Source: a virus (Duplodnaviria; Caudoviricetes). Taken from it: a stretch of DNA of 64,000 bases. The translations under genes were made by a program, and so were the position numbers. This document shows, piece by piece, positions 57,139 to 64,000 of this stretch (position 1 is the stretch's first letter; each line of letters starts with the position of its first letter). Below the pieces are notes generated by a model. It saw only the letters and a list, made by a program, of their open reading frames with translations, made no database searches and was not told the origin of the DNA. The stretch spans positions 1,400 to 65,399 of IMG/VR virus record IMGVR_UViG_3300017992_000452. One strand, given 5' to 3'.

Positions 57139-59121
57139 TTGGGAAAGTTCTATTATAAAAAAGCCACAACAAGCGGGTTTGATCGCCAATATATAAAAGA
57201 CCAAAATCAAAACCTAGATGACATAGGTAAGGACATCCGAGAAGTTGACACAAAAATAAATGATCATAAAAAAGCAAAAAACGCCCACACATCGGATCAA
57301 ATAGCGCACAGCAGCGGGTTAACTGTCGCACAAGAAATCGAAGTAGAGAAGGCGCGAATCAGAAATCTCGTCCTAAATGTCGATGGAACAAACATTAAGG
57401 AAGTCGTCGATGCTCGCGTCGATAGGAATGGCACGATTTATCCGACGCTACGGGATCGTCTGGATGCTGACGGAAAGGTCGTAGACGACATAAGGGACGA
57501 TCTTATTACGAGAATCAGCTTTAAAAATGCGCTATCGTATGGCGCAGATCCTAAGGGTAAAACGCCGTCAGCGGACGCGATTCAAAGTGCATTGGACGAA
57601 ATCCACAGCGAAGGCGGCGGTTGGCTCGTAATTCCCGGCGGTACTTATCTGATCGAAAAACGCATGATCATTTACGAAAATACCCGCGTTACAATGGCGT
57701 CCGATTGCGTACTTCTTAGAGGATGGGCCGGCGGGTTCTTTGCTAACGGAAGGCCGGACGATAGCTTCAGCGGCTTTTCCGGAAGAAGCAACATCATTAT
57801 TGAAGGTGGTATTTTAGACGGAAACTATGCCAATATAGACAAGTATCCGACTACTGCGATGGACTCAATCATTTTAGGGCATGCAAATAATATTATGATT
57901 GATCGCGTAACATTTAAAGACACGATTACCGCCCATGCCATTGATGCCAATGGCTGCAATAATCTCCAGATAACAAGGAGTAATTTTTTGGGTTTTATTG
58001 ATGTGAGCGGAAAACGCCCTTTCTCAGAAGCCATACAGCTTGGGGAATTTGTTGAAATGGGCGTCAATCAATTCGGATCGTTTGACGGTACCCCTAATAA
58101 AAACGTTTATATCGCCCATAATCATTTTGGTAAATCTGATCTGTTAGGCGGTTGGGGGTGTGGCGTCGGCAATCACTATTCTGTTTATAATGTTTTCCAA
58201 ACAGACATAACACTCTTTGACAATGATTTCGAAGATTGTACTTTTGCGGGAGTACGGACCTTTAAATGGGGCGAAGTTAAGATTCTAAACAATAGGTTTA
58301 AGCGCAATAAAGAGTGTATTCGAATCTCTCAAGCGGCCGGGGGAATCGAAAGCTCTAAAAATGCCGAAGGAGTTCAAATGAATCGTCCCCAAAATGCACA
58401 AAACGTCTTGATTCAAGGAAATGACTTTTATGATTACACCTCATACGGAATCTTATCGTTTGGGCAAATATATAACAACGAAATCGCCTGGAGCGATGGC
58501 ATTCGTATTTTTGGGAACTATTTCAAACTGAAGGCGAAAGATGTCGGTGAATATGACAATGAGCAAGCTATCAAATTAGTCTTTGCAAGAAATGCTTTCA
58601 TCTCTGATAACCGAATCTTCGGGGGAAGAAGGGGGATGTGGATAGAAGGATGTTTCAACACCTTTATTGATCGAAATTATGTGTCCTGCGTTGATACAGA
58701 AGCAATCTACGTAGAAAAAAGCAGAGACAAAACTTCTACCGTGCCGAAATCATATCACCTATCTATTGATCGAAACGAAATTAATACTACGGGCCGTAAC
58801 GGTATTTTTATTCAAAACTGCGATCACTTTGATGTGAGAGATAATAATGTGATGAATACCAATAAAGAGCAAAGCAGTACGAGAGGTCGCGGAGGCATTT
58901 ATGTGGAAAGCGGATACGACGGGCGGATTGAAAATAGCCGGATACGAGGTGTTGAGAAGGCGTTTGCGATTTTAGTTAAGGGCGCTGCAACAGAGGTGAA
59001 TGTCACCAACACAAAAGGAACCGGCCGCGTCATAGTCGAGGGCGATTCGAACTTTAACGGATATTATGGTACGACTCAAGACGACTATATACGAAAAATC
59101 AGCACGAAGAGCAGCAGTTAA
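57139..59121 (+). CDS. Tail spike with pectate-lyase-like beta-helix, putative depolymerase
   Basis: YGADPKG..SADAIQSALD..IPGGTY; Asn-rich coil repeats. Confidence 0.78.
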   Translation: MGKFYYKKATTSGFDRQYIKDQNQNLDDIGKDIREVDTKINDHKKAKNAHTSDQIAHSSGLTVAQEIEVEKARIRNLVLNVDGTNIKEVVDARVDRNGTIYPTLRDRLDADGKVVDDIRDDLITRISFKNALSYGADPKGKTPSADAIQSALDEIHSEGGGWLVIPGGTYLIEKRMIIYENTRVTMASDCVLLRGWAGGFFANGRPDDSFSGFSGRSNIIIEGGILDGNYANIDKYPTTAMDSIILGHANNIMIDRVTFKDTITAHAIDANGCNNLQITRSNFLGFIDVSGKRPFSEAIQLGEFVEMGVNQFGSFDGTPNKNVYIAHNHFGKSDLLGGWGCGVGNHYSVYNVFQTDITLFDNDFEDCTFAGVRTFKWGEVKILNNRFKRNKECIRISQAAGGIESSKNAEGVQMNRPQNAQNVLIQGNDFYDYTSYGILSFGQIYNNEIAWSDGIRIFGNYFKLKAKDVGEYDNEQAIKLVFARNAFISDNRIFGGRRGMWIEGCFNTFIDRNYVSCVDTEAIYVEKSRDKTSTVPKSYHLSIDRNEINTTGRNGIFIQNCDHFDVRDNNVMNTNKEQSSTRGRGGIYVESGYDGRIENSRIRGVEKAFAILVKGAATEVNVTNTKGTGRVIVEGDSNFNGYYGTTQDDYIRKISTKSSS

Positions 59122-59144
59122 ATTAAAGGGAGGGATGTCTCCGT

Positions 59145-60692
59145 ATGATATATAAAAATTCCGAAGTCCATTTTGATGTAAACTCGCAAATCAAACGAAA
59201 TGTTTCCGCAAACATTCAATTCAGTACGCAGGACATCGATACGGCAAAACTAACGTTCAGTTTAACGAAGGACGGCGTACCACTACCGATCAGCCAAGCG
59301 ACTCACGGAAAACTGTTCATGCGGTTTGCGGACGGAAGCAAATTCTACGTTAATACGGAAGTTCAGGACGCGCTAGGGGGCGTTATTTTTTATGTCTTGA
59401 CACCGGATCAGGTTACGCATTATGGAACGGTGCAGGCTGAGCTTTACGTTAATTACGACAACGGCCAAAAATTAAGCGTCCATAAGTTTTCGTTTGAAAT
59501 CGATCGGGCGCTCGTTGATCAAGGCATCGCGCCAGTGGCCGAGTACTATATCGACGATTTCGAATCTCTCAAAGCCGCCGTTCAAGAAATGGCGGATGAT
59601 GCCGAACAGGTCCTCGCTGAATTACAGAAGAAATTCGAAAATCTCGATAACATTGAAACGAAAGAAGGCGCTCAGGAAAAAGCGGACGCCGCAGAGGCTG
59701 GTGCGAAAACTTATACCGATGAGCATGCGGCTAAAATTGATAATCCGCACAAGGTAACGAAAGCTCAGATAGGACTTTCCAACGTTGATAACGTCAAGCA
59801 GGCGTCTAAAACGGATTTTGACAGTCATGTCGGCAACAAAACGAACCCACACGCGGTTACGAAGGCGCAAGTCGGATTGTCGAATGTAGATAACGTTAAG
59901 CAGGCGAGTAAGTCGGAATTTGATACGCATAGTAGCGATAACATTCGGCATATTACTGCGGCTGAACGAACGAAATGGAATGCCGGTCAGCTTTATAAGT
60001 TAACCGAAGACAGCGGAGACAGAAAACTAATTCCTGATGGCACTGACTTATTAACTTTACCGTCCGGTCTCTACTATGGCGTCAGCAGCAAAATTGTAAA
60101 CTCTCCGGATCCAAATGCGGTCGAATGGTTTCATTACGACGTTTCAACTAATAGCGCGCGCAAAACGATTGTTGTAACAGCTACAGCCAATCCTAAAAGG
60201 TGGTTCGGAACAATTCACACGGACGGATCATTTAAAGGTTGGCGCAGATTTATAACAGAAGATGATTTTTTAAAGAAAACTTTTGTAGATACGTACGACT
60301 TCGACAACTCTGCATTTACTGCGACCGAAGGGGTTGTAACAAAAATAAAATTCGGTACAGCGCGGGCAGATGATCAGTCCGAGTATGATCAAACGAAATC
60401 AGAAATCACTTTAAAAAACAGTGGTTTATATTTGGTGAGGTTATATATCTCAGCGACATCTATTCCGGCAAACTCTGACATAAGTTTGATTTGTTATGTT
60501 AACGATGCTCAGTATCAAACAATATCGTACTGGTATCCTACAAGAACGGCGCAGACATATGTGTCATTTTTGCAGCAGAAATTTAGCAGCGGGGATAAAG
60601 TGACCTTTCACATATTTCCGAAAATAACCGGGAGCACACCTTCGTCAGTTAGCGTGAAAAATGCATTTTTGACAATGTCACAAATTAGATAG
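59145..60692 (+). CDS. BppU-family baseplate/fibre protein with tandem repeats
   Basis: FSTQDIDTAKL; NPH.VTKAQ.GLSNVDNVKQASK twice. Confidence 0.8.
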   Translation: MIYKNSEVHFDVNSQIKRNVSANIQFSTQDIDTAKLTFSLTKDGVPLPISQATHGKLFMRFADGSKFYVNTEVQDALGGVIFYVLTPDQVTHYGTVQAELYVNYDNGQKLSVHKFSFEIDRALVDQGIAPVAEYYIDDFESLKAAVQEMADDAEQVLAELQKKFENLDNIETKEGAQEKADAAEAGAKTYTDEHAAKIDNPHKVTKAQIGLSNVDNVKQASKTDFDSHVGNKTNPHAVTKAQVGLSNVDNVKQASKSEFDTHSSDNIRHITAAERTKWNAGQLYKLTEDSGDRKLIPDGTDLLTLPSGLYYGVSSKIVNSPDPNAVEWFHYDVSTNSARKTIVVTATANPKRWFGTIHTDGSFKGWRRFITEDDFLKKTFVDTYDFDNSAFTATEGVVTKIKFGTARADDQSEYDQTKSEITLKNSGLYLVRLYISATSIPANSDISLICYVNDAQYQTISYWYPTRTAQTYVSFLQQKFSSGDKVTFHIFPKITGSTPSSVSVKNAFLTMSQIR

Positions 60693-60710
60693 CAAAGGGT
60701 GTGAATATAA

Positions 60711-61007
60711 ATGAATTTAGCGCTGGCCGTTAAATACCTTTTCCCTAACGCGGTAATCGGGGAGGATTTTGTAATAAGAGATGACGGGGATGGCCGCGGT
60801 CAATATATTGAAATTTGGAACTTGAGTGATCCTCAGCCTAGCGATAAAGAGCTACAAGTTGCTTGGGAGAACTATCTGAAAAACCCGGTTGACGTTAGTC
60901 CTGAAATGTCTCATACAGAACAACAACTACTAAAATTAGGGCAAGAAATTTCTTCTTTGAAAATCGATGTTCTAGTTTTAAAAGGAGGATCAAGCAATGG
61001 ATCTTAA
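60711..61007 (+). CDS. XkdW-like protein
   Basis: DFVIRDDGDG..YIEIWNL..PQP. Confidence 0.75.
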   Translation: MNLALAVKYLFPNAVIGEDFVIRDDGDGRGQYIEIWNLSDPQPSDKELQVAWENYLKNPVDVSPEMSHTEQQLLKLGQEISSLKIDVLVLKGGSSNGS

Positions 61008-61224
61008 CTTTTGGGTGTATGCTCTTTATTATAAATGGGCTGATGTCAGTATGGTGAAACAAGCTATGCAGTATAACGATATTACGCTGGAAGAATTAAG
61101 AGATGGTGTAGAACACGGACTTGTTACGCCGGAACAATACGAGGAAATTACCGGAGATCCTTACGAACCTGATACGCCACCAAGCGAAGACGAAAACGTA
61201 ACTAATAGCGAACAGGAGGCGTAG
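60997..61224 (+). CDS. XkdX-like protein
   Basis: VTPEQYEEITG. Confidence 0.78.
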   Translation: MDLNFWVYALYYKWADVSMVKQAMQYNDITLEELRDGVEHGLVTPEQYEEITGDPYEPDTPPSEDENVTNSEQEA

Positions 61225-61227
61225 TCA

Positions 61228-61491
61228 TTGGGCGAACCGTCGAACAACGAATTGCACGGTAAGATTGCCGACATTCGCGAATGGCTTGTGCGAATCGATA
61301 CGAAGGTCGACTATTTCAACGAAGTAAAACATACAGCAGATCGTGCGCATGAAAAGGCAGACGAAGCGTTGGCACTCGCGAAAGAAAGTCGGGCGGATAT
61401 CTCCGACATGAAAGCAAATACGAAATGGTTATGGGGCGTAATTCTCACGGTCGTCGGGTTGGCGATCTCGGGGATTGCGCTATTTTTATGA
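61228..61491 (+). CDS. xhlA: XhlA-family lysis protein
   Basis: Coiled coil then KWLWG TM segment. Confidence 0.75.
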   Translation: MGEPSNNELHGKIADIREWLVRIDTKVDYFNEVKHTADRAHEKADEALALAKESRADISDMKANTKWLWGVILTVVGLAISGIALFL

Positions 61492-61523
61492 GCCCGTTCG
61501 GTGAGAGTCCGGCGGGCTTTTTG
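61490..61523 (+). terminator. Terminator between xhlA and the endolysin gene
   Basis: AGCCCGT...GCGGGCT followed by T-tract. Confidence 0.65.
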
Positions 61524-61557
61524 TATGCGCAAAATTAACGAAAAGGGAGACGATTAA

Positions 61558-62493
61558 ATGGCGATTTCAGTCAAGAAAAACCTCGTCGCATCAAGCAAGT
61601 ATTCCGTTAAATGTCCGTACTCTATGAACGCGAAGTACATCACGTTTCACAATACGGCGAACGACGCTTCAGCAGCGAATGAAATTGCGTACATGATCCG
61701 CAATAACAACGAAGTATCGTATCACTTCGCGGTAGACGATAAAGAAGTAGTTCAGGGGCTTCCGACTAACCGCAACGCCTGGCATTGCGGAGACAGAAAC
61801 GGACCAGGCAACCGTTCATCTATCGGCGTTGAGGTCTGTTACTCGAAGTCCGGAGGCGCTAAGTATAAAGCGGCCGAAAAGCTTGCGATTAAATTCATCG
61901 CTCAGCTTTTAAAAGAGCGCGGGTGGGGCGTTGATCGCGTTAAAAAACACCAGGATTGGAGCGGAAAATACTGCCCGCACCGTGTACTCGATGAGGGACG
62001 TTGGGATGCGGTGAAAGCGGCTATCGCTGCGGAATTGAAAGCGCTCGGAGGAAAGGCGGCTAACCCTGCGAAATCAACGCCGAAATCTTCCGGAAAGACT
62101 TATACCGTTAAGAAAGGCGACACGCTTTCGGAAATCGCGGTTAAAACAGGCGTCAGCGTGGCGAAACTTCAGTCCTATAACGGTATTAAAAATCCGAATA
62201 AAATCATGGTCGGCCAAGTACTGAAGCTTACGGGGAGCGGCGGTTCCAAATCGTCATCAAGCGGTAAGAAGTACGTATATCTTCCAGCATCTGCCGACTC
62301 GTGGCGCATCTATCCGACTAACAAAGCGCCGGTCAAAGGGAACGAGATTAACTATTTGCGTCCGAAGAAATTTGGCGGCCTAAAATACGAGATCCTTGCG
62401 AATCCACAAACGGACGTCTATACGATCAAAACGGATCAGTTCGGAAAAGTGAATATCTACGCGTCGAAATCAACCGGCGCAACTATTAAATAA
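61558..62493 (+). CDS. Endolysin: N-acetylmuramoyl-L-alanine amidase with LysM (CwlA/XlyB-like)
   Basis: [26 protein letters not shown]; Lys[14 protein letters not shown]. Confidence 0.93.
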   Translation: MAISVKKNLVASSKYSVKCPYSMNAKYITFHNTANDASAANEIAYMIRNNNEVSYHFAVDDKEVVQGLPTNRNAWHCGDRNGPGNRSSIGVEVCYSKSGGAKYKAAEKLAIKFIAQLLKERGWGVDRVKKHQDWSGKYCPHRVLDEGRWDAVKAAIAAELKALGGKAANPAKSTPKSSGKTYTVKKGDTLSEIAVKTGVSVAKLQSYNGIKNPNKIMVGQVLKLTGSGGSKSSSSGKKYVYLPASADSWRIYPTNKAPVKGNEINYLRPKKFGGLKYEILANPQTDVYTIKTDQFGKVNIYASKSTGATIK

Positions 62494-62514
62494 CCGAAAA
62501 GGGAGACGATATAA

Positions 62515-62772
62515 ATGGAAGAAGTATTATTATTTGCGACTGTGTTGGCGCCCATCCTAACGGCGCTTGTTCAACTTGTTAAGAAAACGATTAACATGCC
62601 GACCAATGTTGTGCCTGCGGTTAGCTTCGTTTTAGGAATCGCACTCGGAGCCGTGGCCTATCCGTTTACGGACCTCGAACTAGTATTGCGGTTGTGGGCC
62701 GGCGGTTTTGCGGGACTGGCTGCGACGGGTCTTTTCGAGATCGGCGCAAAACGTGAAGGAACGACCAAGTAA
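62515..62772 (+). CDS. Holin
   Basis: Three TM segments; GLAATGLFE. Confidence 0.85.
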   Translation: MEEVLLFATVLAPILTALVQLVKKTINMPTNVVPAVSFVLGIALGAVAYPFTDLELVLRLWAGGFAGLAATGLFEIGAKREGTTK

Positions 62773-62898
62773 GCGGAACTTTTGGCGGGCGCCTGCGTAT
62801 TATTGCGTAGGTGCTCGTATACATAAATTGGTTTGCGGTTAGGTTTGGCGATAGAGTATAATTTTAGTAATGTTATTAACTAGAAGGACGTGATCTAG

Positions 62899-63246
62899 TT
62901 GTCGGATGTTCAAACGAATTTACCAACTATTGAAGTTATACAAAAAGAAAGCCGCTTTAAATTTTTACGCGTCTTAAGTTCATTTGGAGTGGTAATGGGA
63001 TTCATTTTGGGTCTTTTGTTGATTCTAGGCGGAATATTGATGTGCCTTACAATAATTTTGATTTTACCTGGATTAGGTTTCTGTTATTTAGGTGCTGGTG
63101 TTTTATACGCTACGCTCGGAAATTCTAAAGTGGAGTGTCCTAACTGCGGAAAGAAAGCGACCGTATCGAATGGATCCGAAGATTTTAAGTGTAAGCGTTG
63201 TAATCAGGCTGTAATTCTAAAATGGGTAACTAAGCCCCGAACCTGA
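62899..63246 (+). CDS. Membrane protein with C-terminal zinc ribbon (moron)
   Basis: Two TM, CPNC...CKRC; own TATAAT. Confidence 0.7.
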   Translation: MSDVQTNLPTIEVIQKESRFKFLRVLSSFGVVMGFILGLLLILGGILMCLTIILILPGLGFCYLGAGVLYATLGNSKVECPNCGKKATVSNGSEDFKCKRCNQAVILKWVTKPRT

Positions 63247-63268
63247 GTGTTTGGGGTGTTTTTATTTT
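63232..63268. terminator. Terminator between convergent genes
   Basis: GCCCCGAAC/GTTTGGGGT followed by T-tract. Confidence 0.6.
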
Positions 63269-63279
63269 CCCCGATAATT

Positions 63280-63486
63280 CTATTCACGAACCTCGAATAA
63301 TTCATTCATATCAGTAATCCCCAAACCTTTCGCAACTTTTGCTATATGCTCCCTGTTAAAAGTACTGCGTTGATTTGCGCATAGCTCCGAAATTACATTA
63401 TGCCTCACACCAATTTCTTCGGCGAACTTCGTCTTCTTTATTCCTCGTTTGTCCAATATATCCTCAAGTTTTATGTATAGGCGCAT
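63280..63486 (-). CDS. XRE-family HTH regulator
   Basis: KTKFAEEIGVRHNVISEL; similar to 37172..37390. Confidence 0.85.
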   Translation of the reverse strand: MRLYIKLEDILDKRGIKKTKFAEEIGVRHNVISELCANQRSTFNREHIAKVAKGLGITDMNELFEVRE

Positions 63487-63530
63487 TTTTATTCACCTCT
63501 AAATATTTGATGATTACATTCTATCGCTTT

Positions 63531-63606
63531 ATCGATAATTTGTAAATAGGTTATTGACATATCGATAATTGATCGATATTATTTAATTATCACCATATCG
63601 ATAATT
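63531..63606 (+). promoter_or_regulatory. SigA promoter covered by four ATCGATA(A/T)T operator-like repeats
   Basis: TTGACA 63554-63559, 17 bp, TATTAT; repeats at 63531, 63561, 63572, 63597. Confidence 0.65.
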
Positions 63607-63626
63607 CGATCGAAGGCGGAATCGTT

Positions 63627-64000
63627 ATGCATTATTTAGCGGATCACCAAACGTTCGACTCGACGGCCGAACTCAACACGGCAGTCTACGAACACATCAA
63701 AACGCAATACATACGAATTAAACGAAACGGACCGGACCGGCTTACGCTGAAGACGATTGCTCGTTACGCGGTCAAGTTCGCTGGCGCAGCGCATCTCAAA
63801 GCGGAAACACTCGCGGACCTTATCGGAAAATCCATCAAGACGGCGCGTCGTGCCGTCAACAAACTCGCATCACTTTCGATCATCCAGAAGGTCGCAACAA
63901 CCCGGAAAATAAACGGCGGCCACGGCGCAAATATTATCGTCATTCTTCCGGTTGACCAGTCGACAATGACCACGCGTGGGGATGCCGAAAAGCCAACGGA
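63627..64000 (+). CDS. Winged-HTH protein running off the window end (not in ORF track)
   Basis: MHYLADHQTF...LKAETLADLIGKSIKTARRAVNKL; open to 64000. Confidence 0.7.
   Translation, partial: MHYLADHQTFDSTAELNTAVYEHIKTQYIRIKRNGPDRLTLKTIARYAVKFAGAAHLKAETLADLIGKSIKTARRAVNKLASLSIIQKVATTRKINGGHGANIIVILPVDQSTMTTRGDAEKPT

Larger units (their letters stand above)
1..64000. mobile_element. Temperate Bacillus siphophage/prophage, nearly complete; integrase and att not in window
   Basis: Continuous replication, nucleotide metabolism, packaging, head, tail and lysis modules; arbitrium and XRE regulators imply a temperate lifestyle. Confidence 0.95.

Noticed and set aside
59725-59930. Tandem repeats in the BppU gene as a diversity-generating retroelement
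   Set aside because: In-frame structural repeats; no reverse transcriptase in the window

Overview
The whole window is one temperate Bacillus (subtilis-group-like) siphophage or prophage; no integrase or att site falls inside it. Early and replication genes run from 0 to 33 kb: DnaC-like loader, DnaB helicase, primase, gp32-like SSB, family A polymerase, PD-(D/E)XK nucleases, RuvC, nrdIEF with two group I introns in nrdE, dut, thyX, dNMP kinase and an N6-A methyltransferase. An arbitrium cassette sits at 9.1-11.9 kb: two XRE genes, aimR, an unannotated aimP (predicted peptide INAIGG) and a sigma-like gene. An accessory island at 33-39.4 kb holds a RepL-like gene, a putative secreted toxin with a small immunity peptide, an ATP-dependent ligase, an XRE-controlled small-membrane operon and a DUF4062 protein. 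HK97-type head, long-tail and lysis modules follow at 40.4-62.8 kb, with three predicted programmed frameshifts. The least explained signals are non-coding: a ~450-530 nt densely folded RNA-like region heading the late operon, a folded leader before SSB, a dispersed hairpin family, a duplicated ~30-bp promoter-like motif and an antisense promoter against the sigma-like gene. All calls come from reading motifs by eye; no database searches or folding programs were run.
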